A DNA stretch of 64,000 bases, taken from the NCBI GenBank assembly GCA_943329075.2, contig CALQCM020000014.1:11076-75075 (forward strand), written 5' to 3'. The notes under the pieces are model-generated. The model saw only the letters and a program-made list of their open reading frames with translations. It ran no database searches and had not been told where the DNA came from. This document shows, in pieces, positions 16,029 through 23,932 of the stretch. A program made the position numbers and the translations under genes. Positions within the stretch are counted from its first letter, which is position 1. Each line of letters begins with the position of its first letter. Source of the DNA: Chitinophaga pinensis. GTDB lineage: Bacteria > Pseudomonadota > Gammaproteobacteria > Burkholderiales > SG8-41.

Positions 16029-17837
16029 ATGTCCGCGAAAATATCCCGGCCGGTCACAGTGTCCGATGCGCGGCGTCTTGCCGCGCTGCGCCGGCGTCTG
16101 CGCGCCGTCGTCGATGCGATCCATCACGAGGCGGCGGCGCGGCGCCGTCATATCAACACCGCCCTGCCCGAGCAGCGCCGCAGTGCGGTGAATCTCGCGC
16201 ATTACCTCGGTCTGCGCAAACAGAAGGTGCGGCAGTTGCAACTCGATCTCGCCGCACTCGGGCTGTCGTCGCTCGGCCGCTCCGAAGGGCATGTGCGCGA
16301 CACGCTGGTGCGTCTGGCCGGCTGGCTCGATCTGCCGCATCTGGGTGGGCGCGGGCGCAGCGCGCACGAAGAACTCAACAAGAGCACTGCGGAGGCGACG
16401 CTGCACGACAACACGCGCCTGCTGTTCGGGCCGCATCCGGCCGACCGTCACGTCTATATCATGGTGACCGCACCCGATGCCGCCGAGGTCAGCACTGCGT
16501 GGGCGGACAAGGTGCTGCACGCCGGCGCCAACATCCTGCGCATCAACGCTGCACACGAGTCGCCGGCGGCGTGGCGCAGCGTGATCGACGTTGTGCGCGC
16601 GCGGGCGGCGGTGTGCGGCAAAAGCCTCAAGGTGTTTGTCGATCTGCCGGGGCCGAAGCTGCGCGCCGAGATCCGCCGCACGCAGGCGACGGTGCTGCAC
16701 TTTCCGCGCAGCAAGGACCACCTCGGCAAGAGCATCGCCGCGACGAGCGTCATGCTGGTGCCGCGGTTTGTCGCGGCACCGCAGGTGCCGCTGCCGCCGG
16801 AGTGGTTTGGCCGCCTGCGTGTAGGCGACCGTCTGCGGTTGTGTGACGCCGGCGGGCGCGCGCGCGAACTGGTGATCGTTGCCGCATCGCCTGACGAGGC
16901 GCGCGCCGAATGCGCGCGGTCGCTCTATCTCACGGCGGGACTGGCGGTCGAATGGCGGCGCGGCCGGCGCTGGCTGGAACGCGGTTGCATCGGCGCCATT
17001 CCGCGCGAACCCTGCGACGTTTTGCTCGATCGCGGTGGCCGCTTCATCCTCAACGAAAGCGGGCGCGCGGGTGCGGCGGAAAAGTTGCCGGTACTGCGCT
17101 GCCCGGAGGCCGGCGTGCTGGCGCAGGTCAAACGCGGCGAGCGCGTGGTGCTCGACGACGGCCGCATCGTCGCGGTGGCCGAATCCTCGGGCACGCAGGG
17201 CCTGGTCTGTCGCGTCACGCAGACGGCGAAGTCGCCGGCGCGGCTGCGTTCGGGCAAGGGACTCGCGTTCCCGGACAGTCACGTCAGCCTGCCGGCACTC
17301 GGTCCCGAGGACGAGGCGGCGCTCCAGTTCGCGCTCGCGCATGCCGACGGCGTCGATGTCTCGTTCGTCAATTCGCGGCGCGATGTTGATCGCATCGTCA
17401 AGCGCCTGCACGCTGATGCGGCGCCCGGCTTCGGCCTTGTGCTCAAACTCGAAACGCAGGGCGCGATCCGCAACTTGCCCGATATTCTCTTCGCCGTGCT
17501 GCGTTACCGGCCGGCGGGCCTGATGATTGCGCGCGGCGATCTTGCTGTCGAGGCGAGCTTCGAACAACTGGCCGAATTGCAGGAGGAAATCCTCGGCTTT
17601 GGCGAGGCCTGCCACCTGCCGGTGATCTGGGCCACCCAGGTGCTCGACAGCCTTGCGCACACCGGCGTGCCGACGCGCGCCGAGATGACCGACGCGGCGA
17701 TGTCGATGCGCGCCGAGTGCGTGATGCTGAACAAGGGGCCGTTTGTCGCCGAGGCGACACGCATGCTGGTCCGGGTCATTCGCGACATGGAGCCGCGGCA
17801 ATACAAAAAGCGCGCGCTGTTCTCGAAGCTCGCTTAG
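16029..17837 (+). CDS. atypical pyruvate-kinase-family protein (N-terminal extension, enlarged lid, no C-domain)
   Basis: PK barrel motifs in order: YIMVTAP, GANILRINAAHES, VDLPGPKLR, GVDVSFVNS, LKLET, MIARGDLAVE, WATQVLDSL, PTRAEMTDAAMS, CVMLNKGP. About 140 aa precede the barrel. The protein ends about 40 aa after the last barrel motif. Confidence 0.8.
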   Translation: MSAKISRPVTVSDARRLAALRRRLRAVVDAIHHEAAARRRHINTALPEQRRSAVNLAHYLGLRKQKVRQLQLDLAALGLSSLGRSEGHVRDTLVRLAGWLDLPHLGGRGRSAHEELNKSTAEATLHDNTRLLFGPHPADRHVYIMVTAPDAAEVSTAWADKVLHAGANILRINAAHESPAAWRSVIDVVRARAAVCGKSLKVFVDLPGPKLRAEIRRTQATVLHFPRSKDHLGKSIAATSVMLVPRFVAAPQVPLPPEWFGRLRVGDRLRLCDAGGRARELVIVAASPDEARAECARSLYLTAGLAVEWRRGRRWLERGCIGAIPREPCDVLLDRGGRFILNESGRAGAAEKLPVLRCPEAGVLAQVKRGERVVLDDGRIVAVAESSGTQGLVCRVTQTAKSPARLRSGKGLAFPDSHVSLPALGPEDEAALQFALAHADGVDVSFVNSRRDVDRIVKRLHADAAPGFGLVLKLETQGAIRNLPDILFAVLRYRPAGLMIARGDLAVEASFEQLAELQEEILGFGEACHLPVIWATQVLDSLAHTGVPTRAEMTDAAMSMRAECVMLNKGPFVAEATRMLVRVIRDMEPRQYKKRALFSKLA

Positions 17838-17855
17838 GCGGAGGCGGCGCGGTCG

Positions 17856-18251
17856 TTATTTGAACAGCCGCCAGTATTCGAGCACGAGCACGCAGCCGCT
17901 GGCGCCGACCAGCGCGATGAACGTGAGCGCCATGCCGCAGATGCGGAACCTGAGGTTTTCCGCGACCTGACTGACACCATAAGCATGCAGCGCGCGGCCG
18001 AGCAGCAAAAGACCGGTCAGTGCATGGATCAGCCAGTGACTGCCGCCGGAAGCTTCCATCAGGTAGAGAATGATCAGCGTGATCGGCACGTACTCGGCAA
18101 AATTGGCGTGCGCGCGCGTCGCGCGCAGCAGTTCCGCATTGCCGCCGTCGCCGACGCCGACCTGCAGTTTCTGGCGCAGGCGTATGGTGCGCAGGCTGAG
18201 GACGAAAAAGAGCAGGCCGAACAGCGGGGCGTAGAGGGCGATGATGTGCAT
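17856..18251 (-). CDS. MAPEG-family membrane protein
   Basis: 131 aa with about four hydrophobic helices. RAHANFAEYVP motif is typical of MAPEG/YecN-like proteins. Confidence 0.8.
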   Translation of the reverse strand: MHIIALYAPLFGLLFFVLSLRTIRLRQKLQVGVGDGGNAELLRATRAHANFAEYVPITLIILYLMEASGGSHWLIHALTGLLLLGRALHAYGVSQVAENLRFRICGMALTFIALVGASGCVLVLEYWRLFK

Positions 18252-18430
18252 GGGCTTGACCTCACAGTCAGGTGAAACGGCTCAAAGATACATTCGACGC
18301 AAGTTATCGTGTTTTTTGCGAGGCGGGGTGCTGCCGCAAAATACATGTTGTTTCAATTTCTGCTGACGAAAAACTTGAGTTTTGAAAGTGTATAGCGGAC
18401 GCGACGAAATGCAACGCGGCGTTTCAAGGC

Positions 18431-18461
18431 CCCGGAATACGCTGCGCGCCTTCCGGGCTAC
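18431..18461. repeat. REP-like hairpin unit (inverted copy of 8467-8497)
   Basis: CCCGGAATACGCTGCGCGCCTTCCGGGCTAC is the exact reverse complement of the 31-mer at 8467-8497. Confidence 0.85.
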
Positions 18462-18535
18462 GGGTTTCCCGGTTTCGCCGTGCGCCATGCGGGAGTATCC
18501 TGCGAAACTTGAACCGCAGGAGTCACGGGGTTTTC

Positions 18536-19360
18536 ATGAAATATGAACTGTATTACTGGTCGCACATTCAGGGCCGCGGCGAATTCGTGCGCCTGGCGCT
18601 GGAACAGGCCGGCGTCGCCTACGTTGACGTTGCGCGCGAACCTGAAGCCCATGGCATGGGCGTGGCGGCAATCCGCCGTCTGCTCGCTGATGAAACACTG
18701 ACAACGCCGCCCTATGCGCCGCCGGTGCTGCGCGCGGGCAAACGGTTGATCGCGCAGACGGCGAATATTCTGCTGTTTCTCGGTGCGCGCCACGGCCTCG
18801 CGCCGAAGGACGAGGCGGGGCGCCTGTGGGCGCACCAATTGCAACTGACGGTCACCGACTTCGTGGTGCACATTCACGACAGCCACCATCCGATCGCCGG
18901 CAGCCTGTATTACGAAGAGCAGTTGCCGGAGGCAAAACGCCGCGCACAGAAGTTTCACGTCGACCGTCTGCCGAAGTTCCTCAATTATTTCGAACGCGTG
19001 CTGCGTTGTAACCCGCACGGCGGCAAATACATGGTCGGTGCGCGCCTTTCATACGTCGATCTGTCGATGTTTCAGTTGATCGCAGGTTTGCATTATGCCT
19101 TTCCGCGCGCGATGAAGGCCTTGGCGCCGTCGCTGCCGCTGCTGGTCGCATTGCATGCACGGGTGGCGAAACTGCCGCGCATCAAGGCTTATCTGAAATC
19201 GAAGCGGCGCCTGCCGTTCAACCAGCTGGGCATCTTCCGGCGTTATGCGGAACTCGATCTGCAGCCGGCGAGCAAGGTTACGCAATCGAAGTCGAAAAGC
19301 AGGACCAACACCGGCGCGGTGCGCGCGCCGTCTTCAAGAGTGAAAGCGAAAAAGAAATGA
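18536..19360 (+). CDS. glutathione S-transferase with basic C-terminal tail
   Basis: Start at MKYELYYWSHIQGRGEFVRLALEQAGV. GST-like N and C domains. Ends with SKSKSRTNTGAVRAPSSRVKAKKK. The stop overlaps the next gene's ATG (ATGA). Confidence 0.8.
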   Translation: MKYELYYWSHIQGRGEFVRLALEQAGVAYVDVAREPEAHGMGVAAIRRLLADETLTTPPYAPPVLRAGKRLIAQTANILLFLGARHGLAPKDEAGRLWAHQLQLTVTDFVVHIHDSHHPIAGSLYYEEQLPEAKRRAQKFHVDRLPKFLNYFERVLRCNPHGGKYMVGARLSYVDLSMFQLIAGLHYAFPRAMKALAPSLPLLVALHARVAKLPRIKAYLKSKRRLPFNQLGIFRRYAELDLQPASKVTQSKSKSRTNTGAVRAPSSRVKAKKK

Positions 19361-20322
19361 ATTTGTTGAATCTTCCGCGCGGGCTGTTGTTGAGTGCTGT
19401 CGCCATTTGCAGCTGCGTGCAGGCGGATACCTGGCCGTCGAAACCGATCCGCCTGATTTCGCCGTTTGTGCCGGGCGGCGGCGCCTCGCTGGTGGCACGT
19501 CTGCTGGCGCCGGACCTGAGCGAGGCGCTCGGGCAGTCGATCGTGGTGGACAACCGCGGTGGCGGTGGCGGCGTCATCGGTTCCGAAATTGCCGCACACT
19601 CGCGTCCCGATGGGTACACCTTCGTCATGGGCACCGCCAGCAACATCTCGGTGCGCCCGCTGATCGACAAGGTGCCCTTCGATCCGATCAAGGATTTTTC
19701 CGCGATCATCCACACGACGACGGTGCCGCTGGTGCTGTGCGTGCATCCGTCGGTGGCGGCCAGATCGGTGAAGGAATTCATTGCCCTTGGCCGCTCAAAA
19801 GAGGCGAGACTGAATTTTGCGTCGTCGGGCGAGGGCACCATCAGCCATCTCGCCGGCGAGCTGTTCAAGATGTCGTCGGGCGTGACGATGTCGCACGTGC
19901 CCTACAAAGGCGGCGGCCAGGCCATCATCGACGTCATTGCCGGCCACGTGCAACTGGGCTTCATCAACATTCTCGAAGCCTCCTCGCAGATCAAATCGGA
20001 ACGCCTGCGCGCGCTGGCGGTGACCACCGCGGAACGTTCACCGATATTACCCAATGTGCCGACGGTGGCCGAATCGGGGCTTGCCGGTTATGAAGTCACG
20101 CAATGGAGCGGCATGCTGGCGCCGGCCGCCACCCCGCCGGCGATCATCGCGCGCATGAACGCCGAGATCGACAAGATCCTGCGCAAGCCGCTGGTGCGCG
20201 AACGGTTCGCTGCCGACGGCGCGCAGCCGGGCGGCGGTTCGCCGGAAAAATTTTCCGCCTTCATCAAGGCGGACATCGCGAAGTGGTCGAAGGTGGTGAA
20301 GAATGCGGGGCTGGCGAAGTAA
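19357..20322 (+). CDS. Bug/TctC-family substrate-binding protein
   Basis: Signal peptide MNLLNLPRGLLLSAVAICSCVQA. Motifs [32 protein letters not shown]. Confidence 0.92.
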   Translation: MNLLNLPRGLLLSAVAICSCVQADTWPSKPIRLISPFVPGGGASLVARLLAPDLSEALGQSIVVDNRGGGGGVIGSEIAAHSRPDGYTFVMGTASNISVRPLIDKVPFDPIKDFSAIIHTTTVPLVLCVHPSVAARSVKEFIALGRSKEARLNFASSGEGTISHLAGELFKMSSGVTMSHVPYKGGGQAIIDVIAGHVQLGFINILEASSQIKSERLRALAVTTAERSPILPNVPTVAESGLAGYEVTQWSGMLAPAATPPAIIARMNAEIDKILRKPLVRERFAADGAQPGGGSPEKFSAFIKADIAKWSKVVKNAGLAK

Positions 20323-20353
20323 GTGCAGCGCAGGAAGCGGCGGTTCGCAGCAA

Positions 20354-20393
20354 TTCCCCTTTCCTTGAAGGGGAGGAGATGCAATTGTTTTGA
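20354..20393 (+). terminator. putative rho-independent terminator / hairpin repeat
   Basis: CCCCTT-TCCTTG-AAGGGG stem followed by ATGCAATTGTTTT, between convergent Bug genes. Confidence 0.45.
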
Positions 20394-20405
20394 CGTGGTA
20401 AGGGC

Positions 20406-21383
20406 TTATTGTTTAATCAGCCCCAGTTCGGTCATGATGAGCTTGGTGTCGTTGAATTCGACTTCGAGATACTTTGCGAATTCCTTGCTGCGCATGAACT
20501 GAGGGTCCCAGTCGCGCGTTTCGGCTTCTTTTTTCCATTCATTGCTGGCCGTCATTTTGGCGAGTACCTCCTCCCAGTAGGCGACGGCAGCGGCCGGCAT
20601 GTTCTTCGGGCCGAAGATGGCACGCCAGCTCTCCAGGCTGCTGTTGATGCCCTGTTCCTTGAACGTCGGCACGCCGGCGAGCGAACCCGACAGCCGGCGC
20701 GGTGCTGCCACCGCCAGCATGCGCGCGCCGCCCGCTTGTACCTGCGGCAGGGCGGACCCCACTGACGACACCACCAGATCGAGATGGCCGCCGACCAGTG
20801 CAGTCATCGAATCGGCGTTGGTCTTGAAGATCGCCACCTTGAGTTTGCGCACGTCGACGCCGCCCGAGCGCAAGGCCAGCGCCAGCGTCAGGTGATTGGG
20901 GCCGCCGCGCGCGACGGTGCCGATGGCGAGCGCCGCCGGATCGGCCTTAAGGCGGTCGATGACATCGCGCATGGTCTTGAACGGCGCGCCGGCGCGCACG
21001 GAAATCGCGCTGTGCTCGTTGATCAAAAGTGCTACCGGCGTCAGATCGAGATAACTGGTTTGCGTGATGCCGGCGAGCTGGTTGCCGAAGACCGTGGGGT
21101 TGGCCAGCAGCAGGTAATGCGGGTTAGCCGGAAATGAATTGAGATAAACCACGGCGATGGTCTGATTGCCGCCGGGTTTGTTCATCACGTTGATCGGCGT
21201 CGGCGCCTGCTTGGCGTCCTGCAAGAGTTTCTGGATGACGCGCGCGACCTGGTCGTTGCTGCCGCCGGCGTCCGACGAGGTGATGATTTCGATTGCGCGC
21301 TCGGGCTTCCATGTCTGCGCCCAGCCGTTGCACGCGCAAACCAGACCGATACACAGCAGTAATGCGTTACGCAATCCGTTCAT
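20406..21383 (-). CDS. Bug/TctC-family substrate-binding protein (second subtype)
   Basis: Signal peptide MNGLRNALLLCIGLVCACNGWAQ. Motifs SSDAGGSNDQVAR, NKPGGN. Same subtype as 30014-30997. Confidence 0.88.
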   Translation of the reverse strand: MNGLRNALLLCIGLVCACNGWAQTWKPERAIEIITSSDAGGSNDQVARVIQKLLQDAKQAPTPINVMNKPGGNQTIAVVYLNSFPANPHYLLLANPTVFGNQLAGITQTSYLDLTPVALLINEHSAISVRAGAPFKTMRDVIDRLKADPAALAIGTVARGGPNHLTLALALRSGGVDVRKLKVAIFKTNADSMTALVGGHLDLVVSSVGSALPQVQAGGARMLAVAAPRRLSGSLAGVPTFKEQGINSSLESWRAIFGPKNMPAAAVAYWEEVLAKMTASNEWKKEAETRDWDPQFMRSKEFAKYLEVEFNDTKLIMTELGLIKQ

Positions 21384-21431
21384 GGTTCCTCCTGTTTCAT
21401 TGGATTCAATTCTTGTTTGTACAGTATATGG

Positions 21432-22136
21432 TCACGTTTGCACCGGCTCCATTCCCTTGGTGCGATACACACGCAGAGCCGCCGGCGAGGCGAGAAAGTC
21501 TACCAACTCTTTGGCGGCCGTGGCGTGCGGCGCGTCGCTGAACGGCGCTGCTGCCATCACCGTCCAGACCTGAATCTCGTCGGGGAAGGGGCCGACGATG
21601 TCGACGCCCGGCACGGCGAGCAGTTCAGGAATCTGCTGGATGGCGAGGTCTGCTTTGCCGGCGACGACGAATTCGCCGACCAGCCCGCCGTCCGGAATCT
21701 GCGCCTTGGCTTTGATTTCGGCGGCGATGCCCATGCGTTCAATCAGGCCGGCGAAATAAATGCCGCTGGCGCCGAGGCGTGTGTAGACAATCGATTTCGT
21801 GGCAAGCAATGCGCGTTTGAAGGCCTCGACGCTGGCGATGTCGGGGCGCGGCGTGCCTGCCCGCACGCCGACCCCCGCGCCCGAACGCGCGAGCAGTTGC
21901 GTTTGCAGTGTGATGCCATCGCGCGCCAGCGCATCCATCACCGGCGCGGTCACGATGGCAACGTCGCCGCGTTCGCCGTTGTTGATGCGCGTTGCCAGCG
22001 CATTGGCGGTGTCGAAGCGGATGTCGAGCCGGTGGCCGCTGTCGCGTTCGAACTGCGGGCCGAGTTCCGCCAGTGCGCCGTGCACGCCGTTGGAGGATAG
22101 AACCCGGAGGGTGATGCCGGCGGTCGATTGAGCCAT
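21432..22136 (-). CDS. leaderless ModA-like (type 2 periplasmic-binding-fold) substrate-binding-domain protein
   Basis: ITLRVLSSNGVHGALAELGPQFERDSGHRLDIRFDTANAL...GKADLAIQQIPELLAVPGVDIVGPFP resembles the molybdate/tungstate-type SBP fold. No signal peptide with either start (22136 or 22217). Confidence 0.65.
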   Translation of the reverse strand: MAQSTAGITLRVLSSNGVHGALAELGPQFERDSGHRLDIRFDTANALATRINNGERGDVAIVTAPVMDALARDGITLQTQLLARSGAGVGVRAGTPRPDIASVEAFKRALLATKSIVYTRLGASGIYFAGLIERMGIAAEIKAKAQIPDGGLVGEFVVAGKADLAIQQIPELLAVPGVDIVGPFPDEIQVWTVMAAAPFSDAPHATAAKELVDFLASPAALRVYRTKGMEPVQT

Positions 22137-22267
22137 GTCAATTTTTGCATTGGTGATTTGAAGGGACTGCAAGCTTACCCGAATGTTGCGCCAGTTCGCC
22201 TGCGGAGCTTGCGGCAATGGGTGTGCTCAAGGCATCATCAGGGTCAAAAGGCAAACAGAGGACAACG

Positions 22268-23452
22268 ATGGAATTCCGTTTGAACGAAGACCAGCGCGCG
22301 TGGCAGATGATCGCGCGCAAATTTGCCGACGAAGAAATCAGCAAAATTTCCGTGTCGCGCGACGCTATCGAAGATCCGCGCGCGACCTTCGACTGGGAGA
22401 TCATCCGCAAGGGTTCGCGGCTCGGCCTGCGCACGCTGGGCATACCCAAAGAGTGGGGCGGCCCCGGCGTCGATTTCACCACGCAGGCGATCGTCATGGC
22501 GGAGCTCGCGCGCGGTGACAGTTCGATTGCCAAAACCTTCAGCCAGTGCTGGAAGTGGTGCCACCTGATCATGGACCGCTGCACGCCGGAGCAGCAGGCG
22601 CGTTACCTCAAGCCCTTCATGGCCGACGATGCCTTCGTGCTGGGCGGCGGCATCACCGAACCCAATGCCGGCTCGGACAACCGCCTGCCGCCGGCGACGG
22701 CGCCGAAGAGCGGGCTGCGTCTTTCCGCGAAACACGACGGCGACGCCTGGCTCCTGAACGGCGAGAAATGTTTTATCGCCAATGCCAATATCGCCAAACT
22801 CATTTTTGTGTTCACGCGCACCAATCCCGACGTGGCGGTACGCAGCGGCACGACGATCTTCGCGGTGCAGATGCCGCATGAAGGCGTGCGCGTCGGCAAG
22901 GTGTTCAACAAGGGCGGCTGGCGTTTCTACCAGAATGCCGAGCTGATTTTCGAAAATGCGCGCGTGTCGCAGTCCGACATGATGGGCAAACTCGACGGCG
23001 CCATGAGCCACCACGGCGGCAAAAACGCCAAATTCGCCGAGCTTGAATACTCAGCCAATGCGGTGGGCGTCTGCGATGCGGCGGTCGAGATGGCGATGCT
23101 ACACGCACGTCGTGAAAAGCGCGGTGGCCGTGTGCTGGCAGAGCAGCAGTTGGTGCAACTGCAATTATCGCAAATGCACATGATGACCGAGGCGCTGCGC
23201 TCCTTCATGTTGCGCGTGGCGACCGAGAGCGACGACGAAGGAAACGAGCACTTCGCGCACAGCCATTTTCTGATGAACTTCGCCACCGAGGCGATCCAGC
23301 GTGTGTGCAACCTTAACCAGGAAATCCACGGCTACGCCGACGGCCGGCATCGCGCCGGCGCCGACAAGCTGGTGCGCGATGCCATCATCTGGACGCACAT
23401 CGCGGGTGACGCGGTGCAGAAGATGAAGGCGGTGAGTTTTCTGCTGAAGTAA
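22268..23452 (+). CDS. acyl-CoA dehydrogenase-family protein
   Basis: Start at MEFRLNEDQRAWQMIARKFADEEI. GGGITEPNAGSD motif and typical ACAD length and C-terminal helices. Confidence 0.9.
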   Translation: MEFRLNEDQRAWQMIARKFADEEISKISVSRDAIEDPRATFDWEIIRKGSRLGLRTLGIPKEWGGPGVDFTTQAIVMAELARGDSSIAKTFSQCWKWCHLIMDRCTPEQQARYLKPFMADDAFVLGGGITEPNAGSDNRLPPATAPKSGLRLSAKHDGDAWLLNGEKCFIANANIAKLIFVFTRTNPDVAVRSGTTIFAVQMPHEGVRVGKVFNKGGWRFYQNAELIFENARVSQSDMMGKLDGAMSHHGGKNAKFAELEYSANAVGVCDAAVEMAMLHARREKRGGRVLAEQQLVQLQLSQMHMMTEALRSFMLRVATESDDEGNEHFAHSHFLMNFATEAIQRVCNLNQEIHGYADGRHRAGADKLVRDAIIWTHIAGDAVQKMKAVSFLLK

Positions 23453-23461
23453 GACGCTACA

Positions 23462-23510
23462 GGCGGGGCGCTGCGCGCCGGATGTTTCGCGCGCGCAGGC
23501 GCCGCCCGCA
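23462..23510. terminator. GC-rich hairpin between convergent genes
   Basis: GGCGGGGCGCTGCGCGC...GCGCGCAGGCGCCGCCCGC is an imperfect inverted repeat between the ACAD (+) and lipoprotein (-) genes. No clear U-tract. Confidence 0.4.
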
Positions 23511-23520
23511 TCAATCCCGA

Positions 23521-23745
23521 TTATTCGCCTTTGCCACCGGCTGATTTGGCGGCGGCCTTGGCGGCTTCCATTGCCTTGGCTTTGTCCTCATCGCTGACGG
23601 CGGCGGGTGCGGTCGCCGCCGGCGCAGCGGGGGCTTCGGCTTTGGGCGTTTCCGGCGCGGCCTGCGGGGCGGGCTTCGGGGCTTCCTTGCCGCATGCGCT
23701 TAATAAGAGGGCGGCAACGGCGGCGGTGACGAGTGAAATTTTCAT
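23521..23745 (-). CDS. small Ala/Pro/Lys-rich lipoprotein
   Basis: MKISLVTAAVAALLLSACGK is a lipobox (LSAC). Low-complexity mature part. RBS CCTCAGGAAAA upstream. Confidence 0.55.
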   Translation of the reverse strand: MKISLVTAAVAALLLSACGKEAPKPAPQAAPETPKAEAPAAPAATAPAAVSDEDKAKAMEAAKAAAKSAGGKGE

Positions 23746-23932
23746 GGATTTTCCTGAGGTGTAAATAGTGACGGTTGGTTGTGCAGCATTTGTCCGTCTG
23801 CGGCGGGACTGACCGCCGTAAACCGACATCCCGATGTTAGCGCAGACCGGCCTGCATGCGCGAAGTGGCGACTCGGATTAGAATGGCGAGACAAAAAATA
23901 AAATTGCTTTTACGCAAGCGGGAGGAAAAAAC

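Noticed and set aside
15999-17801. 600-aa ORF on the minus strand, antisense to the pyruvate-kinase-like gene
   Set aside because: Its composition is dominated by Arg, Ala, His, Gly and Pro, and it has no recognisable motifs. It mirrors the frame of a gene with clear family motifs on the plus strand. This is a typical shadow ORF in high-GC DNA, where stop codons are rare antisense to GC3-rich codons.
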